In this document: piece after piece, positions 42,201 through 57,200 of the stretch
How the letters are laid out: the number at the start of each line of letters is the position of its first letter
Position numbering within the stretch: position 1 is the stretch's first letter
Assembly (NCBI GenBank): GCA_963924565.1
Contig: OZ004615.1
Coordinates: 7,936,001 to 8,000,000, forward strand
Source: Ascidiella aspersa
Taxonomy: Eukaryota
Reading direction: 5' to 3'
Length of the DNA: 64,000 bases
The notes under the pieces: model-generated
Databases searched by the model: none
Told to the model about the DNA's origin: nothing
The model's input: the letters and a program-made list of their open reading frames with translations, nothing else
Translations under genes and position numbers: made by a program

Positions 42201-45200
42201 TAACAAATTCTAAAGGACAACTCAAAAACGGTAACAATTGTCACATGCGCCTTTTTATTATTTAATTTTATGGGTGGGTTACTATTACCATTATTAAAGC
42301 ATATTTCGGAGCAATCCACATTAAGAAAACGTCACATTTTAACAATTTCTTTAAAACGTCCAGATGGGTAGTGTCAGTTCGGCTCCACCCGTAACCTAAA
42401 ATGTCTAAGTGCGGGCAACGACCCTAAATTGTCACGTGACGATATCGATACGACAATAATCGTCTTGAACCGAACTGAACTGTCGATATTATCTAGAATC
42501 GGCGTTTGATTTCAAACGCTGGCGCTGAAATTGGCCTGATTTGTTCCCTGTGAGAGACTCAATCCTAACGCTATGGATCAAAATTGAAACAATATCCTCA
42601 AAAATACGGCCAGGAACAACATTTTATCATTTGCATCCCGGGTGCGATTTGTTAGGAATTTGAAAAAGTATAGGTTTTTATTTACGTTTTAAATAACCTA
42701 AAAAAAACCTTGATTCTAACAACAATAAAGATGTTGCTCGTTTTAAACAGTAGACATTTATCATTATGAACGCTATGCCATATTTTATAATTTTTTACAA
42801 GTACCTTGTATTGCAGAGGTTCCCAATCGGATACCGCGGTATTATGGGGTGAAATTTCTTGACCCAAAGGTTCTACGAGGTATTTTGAAATCTTTTAAAT
42901 CTGAGTTTTGCTTTTTTGGTAAACCTCTCAATACAACTTTTTGTATACTCTTAGTGTATAATTTAAAGTACTCCTAGATCGCAAGGAGTACAAAAGTACA
43001 AAAAATCCGATGACATTTCTACATGTGAGTTAGTGCATGTTGTTCCAGTCCCGTTCAGATAGTCTTTACAGTATTTTAAAAATTTCTAGGAGTGCCGTAA
43101 GCTATAAAAGATTAGAAGCCACTGTCATGTAGCGTAGCAGTTACGTGATGTTTTTTTGTCCAATCTGACAAAATTATCGAGTCAAATTTACGCAAAACTC
43201 ACAGTATCACATATAATGACTTAGTATACTATATCAAGCGGAAATATGTCGCCACTTCTGATAAATAGCGTTAACCAATTCATTTAAAAGGTTATAGCTT
43301 ACAAAAACTCCTAAGAATGCATTACTGTAAAATTTGCTTCTACATAATGGCGTCTTGAAACTTGCAATACTCTATATAAAATAGTTAACTAAAATAACAA
43401 CAAACATCAAAGCAATATACCCAGGGTGACAGCAACAACATAATATTTAAGGTTTACACCGGGACTCTTCAGAGGGGCTAACTGAAATCAATTCGTCAGC
43501 TGAGGATTTCGTGCAAGCAAGGCAGGTTAGAAAAACAATGGGCGAGGTTTGAAATATATGGGCGAGGTTTGAAATCACGACCTCCGGTCTCTTCCGAGTC
43601 GATCGCAGTGGTGCACAAGTGTGTATGAATGTTCAAGTTAAAACATGATTTAAATAATAAATACATAAACACATTTACCTTGAACCAGTCGATGCTGGGA
43701 AGAGGAGTAGAAAGGCGACATTTGAAGGTCACATCTTTGCCCTCTTCGGCCACTTTGGATTGTGGTTTAAGAGTGAATTGTGGCGTTCTCTGCGCCCGGT
43801 AGCTCATGTCTCCCTCTTCTGCCATAAGGACAAAAAACAACAAAAATATTGGTACGGTGGTGTGCAATCTAATAAGTAACAACTTTAGGACGATTATTTC
43901 TTTGATTAAGAAAATGCTTAGCTGATACTGTTTGTCATAGGAAAAAGAAAAACAACTATAAAAAAAAACAAAGAAAAAGAAGACGTTGGTCATTTTAGAA
44001 AATTGCTCAGCAAACAGTTTGCAAAAAATAAAGATCTAGCATATTTATCAATATAGGAAATACTTTACTACACAGTAAAAAGACACAGTAAACACTGTTT
44101 AGTACATTTGTCGTAATTAGAGATACAAAGCTTCTGGAGCAAAAATGAAGTTCGAGCTGATCCTATCGATTGAACCAGGCCTGCGTGATTAATTCTGCCT
44201 GATCTCGTATAACCATATATTCCTCTAATGAAGATATAACAGTTAATATTGACAATTTTAAATAGCTCACTACAGTTTTTGTAAATTTGGTAATCGATGT
44301 TTGTTTTGATTTGAAATAATTTTGACAAGTTTTGACTTCTTTGACAAGTCAAACAATAGTCGCCCGGGTAACATTCTAATCTAAACGATACCATAGTATC
44401 GAAGGGTACACACAACTAATTCTTACAGGGGCGCGGGATCTCGTCCAATATATAATTTTTTTAGTGATTTTATTTGTTACAATAGATGGCAATTCTGCCT
44501 TCCTGCTGTACTATGCTTTTAATCAAAATAAAAGTTACACTCATTTTCCAACTATTTTTAATATACATCTTTTATATACTACAATTGGTAATCTTTGATA
44601 ACTCGATACTATTTTTGCGTGAATTGATAATGCTGCAATATGGCCATTGCATCGCGTATCGTCATACTTTTTGAAACACGGTCAACGCAATGTTTTAAAA
44701 TTGCAATTCGCGCGCGATATTTTTACTTGCTTTTTATATTTAGCCTTACAACTGTGGATTCAATGCTCACAATATGTTTGTCAAAATAGATTAACAAAAG
44801 TCAATATGTTGAGCACGAGAAAGTTTTTATGCCCAATGCGTCAAGTCTATTAAAATAAGGTTTAACCAAGTTCAAACAAATAAACGTATTTTTTCGAGCT
44901 TTAAGAATTAACTTTAGAATTTTTATGTTGTCTCAGTGATATGTAATCACAAAATACCGATTTGTTCTTGGTTTTATACTTATTTAATTTCTGAGGTGGC
45001 GCATGGCACAGGACAAATTTTATCAAAGAGGGAGCGGAGAAACAAAAACTAACAACCAATGCACTGGAGGAAGCAAAGAGCGAAGATATTTAAAGTTATA
45101 GGCGGCTAAAACAAAAAAGCACATTCGTGAAAAATAAAGCTCTTAAAATTTTTAAGAGACCGATTGATAAATGACGCGCCACGGGTCAAGCATCATCCCA

Positions 45201-48200
45201 GCAAAACAACAGAGCTCATTGTTGTAGATTACAGTGTCCAGTAGCCTAATTAGTCAAAACAACCTCTATAGCACATTTTTCGAGTTTCGCCTCAATTACT
45301 CAACAAACGGGGCTTAGCATGGACAGTTCATCGACTCAGGACGCACTCCTTATTTATACTGAAACCCGAGCCTGGTCATCCACAACAAAGTACCTTAAGG
45401 GATAATCTCAAACCAGAAACAACAACCCAAACAATCGCCTACCTGATCCCCGCGGCAGGAAAACGTCACTCTCCGAGGTTAGTCGTGACGCAACCGATGA
45501 CGTATTGGATGCCAAGCTGTCGCGCTTGAGTGACGACGGCGTGGCGGGAAGATCTTGGGGATCGCAGGCGGTGGAGACGATAAACTCAGCGTTTTTACGA
45601 TTTTCGTTCCTATCGTTCCTTAAGGGGATAAAGAAGAAAAGTTAAATTCGTTGCACAACTAAATATCTTGAATTTAAAGTAAAAGGTTACACTAACAATG
45701 CAAGCTTTATCGGCCTCTAGGTTTAACCAGGTGTTAGCGAATTTTAAGCTACATATTTCGTTCTTGCGGTCTTCTACTTTTTTAATTCTGTTTTACCACA
45801 CTCCTCACTATTACTTTTCGACTCGTGTCCCAAGAGCGATGGATTGAGTTTAATTTTTACTCTTTGGAAATTTCTAACGCAGAACGTGTCGCATAATTAT
45901 CGTCAGAAAACAGTAGTACTGAAACAATATTGGTTATGTAATAGAACAGGGCTAAATTGCAAGAAAAAGTGCATGTGATTTCAAACAGAGGCCGTAAGTT
46001 TCTTCTAAGTTAATATTATATCCGACATCTTCCAAAAAAGGTTGCAACACTGAATCTTGTACTAAAAACGGGAAATCTACAAAAACAAAACACCCTTTTC
46101 TGAGCATAACGTTGCTGAGCGAACAAAACACATGTAAATTACCTAAACGTACTTTCTTTTCTAGCCTTAATAACACAGTATGTTTTCTGCTGAGTAGATG
46201 AAAAACTTATGTTACAACCTTGCCACTTTCAATTGCAGTTGCTTATGACAATCAAACGCCTGAGTTTTCCAATCTTAGGTTACCATATACAGTAACAGTC
46301 AATTACGCTCCTTGCCGAGCCGTTTAAAAGACCTTAGGCAAAAAACCTGGACATCGAACGATCACTCTGATGAATAAACCGCGGAATTTTAATCAACGCT
46401 TGACGCAAGTATATTCCGAGAAAACCGCACAATCACGTCAAAAAGAGTAGAATTTGCGCGTGCGTAGTAATTAGTGCGTTATTTTATGGCGTTGGATGTT
46501 CGAAATATGACATTTAGTTTGAAGTAAAATTTATTGCAAGCAGTACGTGTTAACAAGACCTAATATGTCATCAGTGTGCCATAGATTTAATCAAAATGTA
46601 ACAAAAACACTTTTGTGAATTGCCATTTGGTAAAATACGTAGTGTACTGTATAGCATTACAATAAATCAGTATATCATACAACATTTACAGATTTAATAT
46701 TACAAACAAAAAATGCCTTTTTGGTAAATATGGAAATATTTTACCTATTTTACTGAAATAGTAAAACGAAGTAATGTATGGCTGGTTTATAAATGGTTAT
46801 GTTTTTAAAATCGTCTGGAGATTGGCGATCATCACGTTTTGGTGCGACGCCGCCAAAACAAAACATATTAATTTCTTGGCACCGCTGAGCTCTTGGATCA
46901 ACTAGCTTAGATAAAAAATAACTCTTGGAGCACGAGGAAGAAAGAATGCACTCCTAATCTTTACGAGGAGAAACAAGTTGCGGCAACATGTTTACAATTT
47001 TCACGAATGCCTTGCATACACGCCGCTGTGTTTACAAACAAACGTCGACATGAATCTAAAATACAAAGCTTGAGTGATGCACCGCAGCGCGGCATTTATT
47101 TCACACAAAGAAGTCGTGAAGGACAGAAGAACAAAAAATAAACAGGCGTCGTAGTCTAACCACACTTCAGCTTTGTCATTAAGTAGTCTATGTCTAACCC
47201 AGTGCTTGTCAAACTTTTTGGAACAGTACACATGTTTACGTTTACTGAAGAACTTGTACATCCCAGTTCACGCAATGCACTGAACTTATAGAAACATACA
47301 CTCTGGTGTACTGCAGAAGAACTGTTAACTGTTATGAAGAACTAGTTCGTACCCCATAATAACGATTATCCAGAGACATATTTGGTTATGATGTCACAAA
47401 TAAAATATAGTATCTTGCAAGCTACGTACGCGTAAATAAATAGTGCCATGTACTATTCTACACTCAAGTCAGTCTGGTAATAAATATGTTTATTTAATAT
47501 GATACCTGATCATAGACTTTATTGTAATGCAGTATCTTGTACACCCCAGCACACCCCAGCACACCCCACCAATGTAGTATACCTTTAAAGAAATCCGGTA
47601 CACCTTGGGTGTACAATACACCTGGTTGAAAACCACTGATCTAACCACACTTACGCTTTGTCATCAAGAAACAAGCCAAGTTCGAAATACCACGAATGCT
47701 TGGACCTCGGTGCTGATTTTCATTAGAGCTGGCATCTATCGGAACGTTTCTTGCGGCGCACGTGTGTGGCTTGCGTCTGTCAGCATAAAGGAGCCATAAA
47801 TTTCAGGCCAAATTGAGGTTTAATTGTGCGTATGAAAGGGTCGCACAATAAAGAACGTTCGCTGGCGCCACCTGCGACATCATTGTAGTTCGGCAACTAA
47901 CGCATTCAATATGTATAGCTGAATTACTGGGTACAGCTGGCAAGTGTGCGCGTTGTGATCCGCTGAGACTGCTGTATACTTTCGTCAACCCAAAAGAGGA
48001 CACGCTTTTCTAACACAACTTCTCGTTAATTTGCATATAACCAAACATCACGAATAGTTTTGTAATAATGAGCATTCACTTCGTATCAAAGCAGCAGGTC
48101 CAGCAAATTTGAGATAACCGTTCATAGGGAAAGTTTAGAACATCCCGCCCGGCGTATAATATGGCAGACCTACTAAGTAATTTATTTCTTTAGTCTGTTA

Positions 48201-51200
48201 TACAAAATTCAGCTGCGCATAAACTAAGGACTACAACCGTCAAGTGTTATATTTTTTGTCAGCATGTTCTATACTAGTCCTATTACGGAGCAACATTTAT
48301 ACAGTGTTTAACATACCAACAGATATTTCAAATTAACATACTGTATTTAAACGGCTTTTCACCTGAACTAACAGCATGTTTGTATACAGACGCCTGTTAA
48401 AACTTTTGCTACAAGCTGTTAAACGACCGAACTATTTTCATGTAAAACAAATCAGCATCTCGTCTCTCAGTAACACCTTGGGAATACTGGAAATCTCTCA
48501 TCAGCCAGACAAATAACCTTTTGCGAAAGTATATATAGCAAACAAGCTCGCAAAACAAACGGACTAGTCCTCGACTGAATAAAGCTGCACATGCGGCCTG
48601 TGATTCAGACGGCGAACAGCCACTTTGAGTTGAGCCCTCAGCCTACAGGGGCCTCGGTAAGGGCATTTCGATTGCTTTTTCTCTGCTGATTCCATGGTTT
48701 ATTGCTTTTCGATGATTTCCTATACATAATACTGTATTGGAGCGGGCCGGATTGTCAGGTCAGGAGTTTGCTTACTGAATCATGCTGGCTAAAATTGAGG
48801 CATACGTGACTTGGGAGTAGTGAAAAGGTTTAAATTGAATCGCAGAAGGCAACTGCTGAATGGTAAGCAACGTCAACTCAATGTGACAAGACCAATTGTT
48901 TCTCAGTCCTAGTATAGTAGTATGATACATTTGAAAAATGCTATTCTTCGGAAATTCAATAAAATCATGTCAAAGGTGTTGCTAAGAAAATAAATAACCT
49001 TCCTAACTGTGGCCGTATCACTCTATAGGTTCTTCATTTGAAGTCCTGTTTTGCAAAGCATATTATAACTACGATTTATCTACCAAGTATAATTTAGTTT
49101 GCAAATTTTAATAAAATCAATCTGTCGATATCGTGCTCTTTGTTTTTGATTTCTAATTATACCTGCCAACTAAAAATTGTAAAAGTTTCCAAAGACAAGT
49201 TGACATACAAAATTCACGAAACAAAACAATCGCCTTTTCGAAATAAAGCAGAGGCAAACCTACCAAAAAACAAAAGTTCACATTTGCAGAAAAAATATCA
49301 CTGTCGACGGTGCACGTTTTCCTAACGTGCAGCCCATTTAATGCACGTTAAAGTCTGAAATAAAGAGACGAACTCTGGCAAGCGAGTACCTAGAATCGGC
49401 ACGATTCCAGTCTGAAGGGTTTGGCTCTGCAATTTGTTACCGCACTAATGATGCAAACGGATTTTGCGTTTGCTTCACGGAGATCCATTTTGGGTAAAAA
49501 AAACGCATATTAATATTTGGTGGCTCATTATATCGGCATCAACGTGTTTGTCAAAATCACGTAATTTTAAGTCATTCTAGTGCGATGCACAACTAGTTAC
49601 CCTTATTGTACGGTTTGCTCGGTACAACTTTCAGAAATCCTTAATCGGATTTATGGAGATGTATAATTAATTGCATATGCATTGGTTAATGCTCGTTGTC
49701 TGTCAAGAAAGTGTACGAGCATTAATCTCTGAACACATTTGACCATGTTGGGAAACACAAACCAATTACAAAATCAAAATCAAATAAAATAAATGTCAGC
49801 AAATAGATCGTCCATCCACAAGAATTAAAAAATACTACATTACATATTTGCATATTTTATGCAACTCGTAACAAAGCCATATAAAAAAAACTACAGAGAC
49901 AGAATAGATTACAAAAAGGCTTCGTTTTTGTGTCGCTTGTGACAAAAATGAAATAAGATTTAGGTTAATCATTGCAAGGGTGTCTATACAAGTACTTTCG
50001 CTTACAAATAACATCTGCCAGCTGCAGCACATATCATAATTGACATTAGGATACTCAAATGTACCAAAACAACCTAATCCGCTTAGGCAGCACCTGTTTT
50101 AAGACCTACCCATTGCGCTTATTTGAAAGGTACGAGCAAGCAATACGTCAACATCCGGTCACGCATGACTGGCGCCTCAACGTCACAGCGGTTCCACTCG
50201 ATCGGGCACGACACCCGTGATTTATTGCGCGAAAGGCTTTCGACAAATGAGATTCAGATATTCGACTTACTCTGGTGAAAGGTTGTCTGACCTCCCATGT
50301 ACAAAGATAACGTATTTCAGAGAAGAATTGCCTCGCCAATATCAAAGAGGTAAAGCTGAATTAATGAGCTACTGGGAAGGGAGAGGCCGAACGGATAACC
50401 TAACCCATCTCCTGCAGATAGCAACGTTTTCTTACTGACTATCCGACGCGTATGTCTTTATCTTAGAGACCCAAACTTAAGGTCCTTATGCAGTTAAGAC
50501 TGTTCAAATTGCGATTATGACCGGACTAGCAAACTCGTCTGTAAAAGTCGGACAGCTTTCTTCTACACTAAATCGAAACAGGTCGTGAGTGCTCAACGTG
50601 TTTTGCGAACATAACGTGTTTTGGCAGCGCTAAGACAAATAGTGAAGAGGACTGATGCCTCGTACCTGCGTGCAGAATTAGCATAAGGTGTTGGGCGACA
50701 GGGTGGTGCTATAGTCATGTTGAGTTATACAGAAAAACGATAAAAATTGCTTCAAAGTGTTGCCTAAACTGTTAACTGTAAACTAATATTTTGTCAACTT
50801 CCACTTTGCATTTGATTTCCAGTGTTAAGGGTTAAACACAGTTGTTCCCAAACTTTTTTGGCTCGCGGCACACTTTTAACTGAACAACAAAGGAGTAATT
50901 TTACAATCGCCCTTAACACACGACAAACTATATGAATATGTATCAAAATTCTTAATTCGTAATGCATAGTGCGTATTAAAGTCTAAAATGCTTGCGCGTA
51001 TGCTTATTGGTAATACAAATACTGTCTTCTGAAATTACAGCAAGTTTCGCGGCCCCCATTGGCAATCTCTCGAGGCACACAGTTTGGGAATCACTGGATA
51101 AACACAACAAACCAAATGACTCATATTCTGTTCAAGGGCGCACCCTAAATGAGGCTACCCCTCCCGAAAATAAATCACAATAACTGCCCACGTTCATGGG

Positions 51201-54200
51201 GATAGATATGAACTCTCGCAAGCAAAACCCGATGACTTCGGAGCCAGTGTTGTCTGGGCATTACAGCGGCTTACCTAAAACAAGCAACGTGCAGCAATTG
51301 AAAGCAAAAGCGGCGGCGCAGATCCCAAAGTGATAGCACGTCTGCCAAGCCCAGAAAAGTGACATAATACTTCTAATATTAGGCGAATATTAGGCGAAAA
51401 CCAACTCCTTTCGCGCCGGAACGTATACACACCGCTGGGAATCCAAGTTTCGTCGCTTCCAACGAGACAGAATGACTAACGTTTTAAACTTTGTTGGCTT
51501 AGTGACTGGTAGATTTTTACAATACCCTTAAGATTATTCAATTTCGTAGAAACATTCCAGAATCTTCTCGATGCAAAGCCACAATCTTTTTTAAAAGTTT
51601 ACGACAGTTATTAAATAATTCACAACGTTGGAGGATAGCGTTGCGGTGCGCTTTGAGAAAATAAATAGAAGTAATAAAACAAATTTGGTATGCCCTCGGT
51701 AATATATAAGCTTAGAATGATATAACATTTTGTAAAGTACTTTTTAATACCTTCTACCAGCTCTTTGGTGTTGACACGTTTTATCTTTCCAAATTTAGTA
51801 AAGTACATGACAAAAATCTCAAAAGCTGTTTAAACGTAATTATGTCATCGCCAAATATGTTTTAAAACCGTGTTTTGAATTCCCTATTACGCTTGTATTT
51901 AGGGGGCAGTGCCTTAAGCTACATTCCACACCACATCACCAACATAAGTAACCTCGAAAAAAACATCGAAAAATTGGCAGCGACTTTGCCGATTATTATC
52001 GATGAAGGGCAAAACGGCGAAAGGTCACGAGAAGTGGTGCGCGATCGAATTGACGAGGACACGGGTTCTTGCGCCAACTCGACCTTCTAACCGTACAGTG
52101 GCGGGCCGCTAATGCGTGTTTTGTCTGCGCACTGCAGACCGCCCGTCTGTCGATATTGGGCCCAGGCTACCGCAACGCTGCGAAGACTGACATTGTTAAG
52201 TTTATGCATAATCTGCCGTTGCCCCAAGGGGGTAGGGTGTAGTTTTAAATATTGCATTCAAATGTCTCTACTTGATTTTAAATTTGTCGGACTTCTTCTT
52301 GATAACAATTAAGGCAAGTACAGCATATTTTTAAATATTTTTTCGTCACATGATTTGGCCGCGTATACGTGACACTATGATGCCACACTCTCCCCAACTG
52401 TGTACGACCGATTGCTCTCGAAATTACTGAACGTTATTGGAAAACGATTAAAAAACAGTATAGGTCACGGTGGACGAAGACTGAAAGCAAGAAGGGTCAC
52501 AGGTTTAATGACAATTTTAAGTGCCTTATAGCGAAAAGCTTCGTGGTAATAAAAGAACTGCTTTTTTGCAGATTGACCTTGTATTTTGCTTAACTTTGGT
52601 ATTAACTTTCTGTTATTTTACTACACATAAAACTAAATATTACTTCTTCAGTGCACATCAGCTAACATTTAGCAGCTTTAGCAATTTACAATAATAAACA
52701 AAATGGTTACACATTGACCTTTGCTTCTATGACAAGCGATTCTATAGGTCAAAAGTTCTCAAACTTTTTTAGCATGTGACACAATAAAAAATCGTAAATA
52801 TTTCGCGGCACACTTTTAACAGAACAACAATAGATTAATTTTACAATCGCCCTTAACACAAACTATATGTAAATGTCTCAATATTATCAATATAGTGCAG
52901 GGGTTTCCAACCTGTGGTACGCGTACCACCAGTGGTACGCGAAGGGTTTTCAGGTGGTACGCGAGTAGCTTCATTTTTTTTCAGAAAAACCTGCATTCAC
53001 AACAAAACTTTGTATTTTGTTTATCTGGTTTTGTTTGCAAAAAATTGTCCAGAAGCCTATTCATTGTTATCTAGCTATCTCTGTTGTTTCGTATCATTAC
53101 GATCTTCAAAACACAGGTCAAGTCAATTGTCAACAAGAAGCACAGTTGCTTTGAAAAGCGGTACAACGCTGTGGGACAGTGGCCGTTAGTTATGTCAAAC
53201 GATTGCTCTTGATAGATATCAACTACTGCAAAATGCTAGTTGTACGATGAAAATATGCATGGATCAAATTAGTTGTTCTGCAAGAAGTGGTACGCATGGC
53301 AGTACAGAGCGTACAAGTGGTACGAGATCGTAAAAAGGTTGGGAATCCCTGATATAGTGTGTGTTTAAGTGTAGAATGCTTGCGTGTATGCCTATGGGAA
53401 ATACAATTAACTTATTTTTCGAATTGCAAAAAGTTCACACTTTTTTCGGGGCTCACTAGTGTGTCGCAGCACACAGTTTGGGAATTACTGCTATAGGTGA
53501 TCCCTAAGCGCATGTACTGACAAAATTACCATATATAAAATTAATTGGGTTTTGGGGGTGAAAACAAAAGTGGCTAGGCCACATTTTAAAGAGTCATCTA
53601 ATTCATTTTCGCGAGTGTGCTTTACAGGCTATTTCCACTTGCTGGTCGGATCAAAATTGCAGTTCAAACGTGACTGCCTATAATCTTTTCGCGTAGTTTA
53701 AATGTCCCATTTAAAACAACCCTTAGTGTCCCCTCGGCAGAACAACAAAGGGCACTTTATAGGGTTAACAGATAAGCTGGTCAACTCAAGGTGTACCAAA
53801 TGGGATTGAAAAAGCCATTAAAAATATGTCGCGATTCTATGTGTGCGATGGCTACTACCGTGTTAAGGTATTAGCAACCAAGTCCCAGGTGCGCTCAAAC
53901 GTCCAAACGTTTGCATCTGCTTTTTGTCACCGCATCTTTTTCGAAACTGCAAAAAATCGCAAATGCCGGTCGTAAAAGTTGATGAATCGCATGTCTTCGA
54001 ACCAGAGTAAATCAAGATGAATGACGGCATTTACGAGTCCGTTATAACCTATAGTCGCTCGGAATGCCGGTTATTTCCTCCCGAAAGGCGCGTGGATTAA
54101 AAACACGATCTCGACGATGTCTTCACTTCTAAGTATATTAATTTTTTATTGGAACGCGAGAGTTAGGCATTCGTAATACAAAAAATGCAAACGTTTGAGT

Positions 54201-57200
54201 TGCTTTTCATATCTGGCGATGTTGACCAAATGAAGTGCCAATAGCCATAACAAATCACCGGCGATTGGAGGTGCAATTGTGTGTCTTTAATTAAAAAAAA
54301 TGATGACCCTCTTTTTAAAATTGTTTTGATAACCTACATTAAAACACAATTGACAATTGTTTTTTTTCGACTAAAAATTTCTTTAAATGAATAACCCATA
54401 GCATAAGAACCATTGACAAGTATCTAATGTCTCAATAAAAAAAGTTAAGGTCAAATTTGGAATTTAAAATAAAACTGAATTTCGTCTTTGTAGTTTGAAC
54501 ATGATGGCTATCGAATTTCCACAAAGCCCAGTGGCCCAATTAACCAGACTAAACCGGTCGAAAGGACTGCTTAGGTTCTAGCAAGCGAGAATAAAGGGGT
54601 GTCCAATTCAATCTTATTTTGATAACATTTACTCTCCCAGGACGGGTAGTTACGGGGTTAGGGGTGACAGGGGTCACATGGGCCCGAAGCAGCTGTCCGA
54701 TCGTTTAGATTAGGATAGCTGAAGTCGGGTAGGGTTACCACAGCGCTATTGTGCCGTGGCGTTCAATGGGAAGTTCATTTATTTAGCGTGGGTATGAACG
54801 TTTCTTTTGGGGATTGTGGTTAAAAACAGAATTCACAACAATATTTTTTTTTGGATAATTCGAAACCCATTTGAATATGCGTTGTTTCTAAATGTGTTCC
54901 ATGTTGTTATTCTTATATTTTTGTGGAAGTTGATGCACCTTCCGTTTCAATAAAAACGTTGTAAACACAGTAAGATGCTCTTTCCGCTCGCTTCGATTAC
55001 TACTAGTAAAGGACTACTTGAATGTGGTTCTGAACTAAAAATTATTCCGTATAGTTCTTTGGAATGACAGGTTGAATCTGCAATTTTAGATTTATATAAA
55101 TCTTCGTTTAGCTGTACATTTACGACCAGGAAACCCCGTTTTCGAATATATTCGAACGAACGTAATATATTATTACCAACGAAGAATCACTATACATACA
55201 ATACACAGAAAGTAGCTTACATTAAAGAATGGCATAAGTTTTATTACATTCAGTGTCTAGTCAATGCTTTTAGGAATCAATGTTACAAAGGTGACAAAGT
55301 TAACAGCATAATTAAGTTATATCTTAACAGTGCAACCAATCTTTAATATGCCGACATTACCTGAATTGAGTTATCTATAGGAATAATCTGTATTAGGTTT
55401 TTGTACGATTTACAGTGGAGACTAAACCACAACGTATTACCGAACATTGCAAATTGCTATGCGAAAATCCGACATAGGAAAAGGACAAGAATCTGTTTTG
55501 TAACGACCTGCACGTCCTTGGCCTGGCAAAAGATGTACGCTTAATTTGCTGAGAGCAATTTAGCCAATAAATCGCCACGAAGGGCAATGTTTGCCGGGGC
55601 AGAGATAGCGTGAATGATTTATTGCCGATTACGCCTGTAATGCGAAACTTTCAACAGTGCAGAGCAATAAATGCGGCGCTAAACAAAGCGATTGCATCTA
55701 ATATAATTTAATCCTGGACGATGTCAAGACGATTAATGCGGACCTTAATTTGTGTAATCTTTGTGGTATGGTTTGATTTACGCGCAATACGAAATCATTG
55801 GGATCATTGGGTTGTCTGTGTTTTGCGCTACAACATGAAATTTGCTTTCGAAAATTCACACAAAGTTAGTAACAACAGTTTTATCTTACAAATTCCTATA
55901 GTGCTAGCTACCCAATGTAACTTGGGTATTATTTTCGCATAAGAAAACAGAGCAATAAGCAAACGCTCAGAAAACGGCAAATCGCCTACAACTCCAGCAT
56001 ATTTTCAAATGAAATTCAATTCGACAAAGGCCAATAAAAACTTAATGGTAAGCCGTTTTATTGGAAAGCAATAGGCCGATCGAACAGGGAGTGGGAATGT
56101 TGTTCTACCGGCTGCGGACCGTTTTCAATGACAACCAATGTCAATACCACGGAGGTTGATTGGCGGGTTCTGAACGCAGTCGCGATAACGATTTCTTGTC
56201 TGTTTTCTACTAATTCAAACCGATTTGCTAAAAGTTTCTTTGCGCAATAACAACAGTGAAAAACAGGGATTAACCTTTAAGCCAAGTACATGAAAAGCGG
56301 ACTTATTAATATCGGGAGATTTAAAACAAAATCGTCTCCATTAATTTTTAGCAGCATTAAATCGACATCCAATTCATATAAAAGGCTCTATCGGGGAACA
56401 GAATGACTCAACTCTTTACTTCACTTTGTAAGGCGACTGACCAACGCATTTCGTCCAAATAACTTTAAATCCCGCACCATCGAAATCGCCACGTTGGTTG
56501 TACAAACTCCGCAACTCACTTTCCGAACTTTTTAATGGAAAAATCACAGACGACTCACGGTAGCGGTGTGCTGTTCCTGGGCAGTACTTGTCTTTGCGTA
56601 GGCGGGGTGGCGGCAGCTTGGGTGTTATCGTTTTGTTTGACTTGTGGTGACTTGTTGCTCTTGAGGACTCGGGACTTTACGCCGTTTGCGACGATCGGCG
56701 ACTCTGTGTTATAAAGAGAAACGCTTTAAAAATATTTTTTATCGTAAGGGGTAAAGGGTAAGTTACTATCGACTGTTGGACACCAATTTGTGAAATATCG
56801 CCTTTCCAAGGTAAAAAAAACGTTACATCCCCAACCAAATGACATGGGCGCTTCTAAAGGCAGGTTGCAAAAAACTGGGAAAAAATGAGAAAAGTCTGTT
56901 TCTCAAGTGGTGATATAATCTCGTCTTATTTAACTAATTTGTTAATATAATTGGGTACACTATGCACGGATCTGGAATCTAGCTTGATAATGAATTGTAA
57001 AGCCAAAAAGGTCGAGTAGATCGACACCATCTTGATTGGAACATTATAGACACGAGCTTGTATCATCTTCAGTTAATGTGACTTGTTAACATAAATTTTC
57101 TAGTTTCCTTGAAAGATATTTTTGTTTCGTTACAAAAAGTTTTCTTTAGATTAGATTGCTAACATTCGTAAAATCGAACTAAGATTGCGATATTTCGAGA

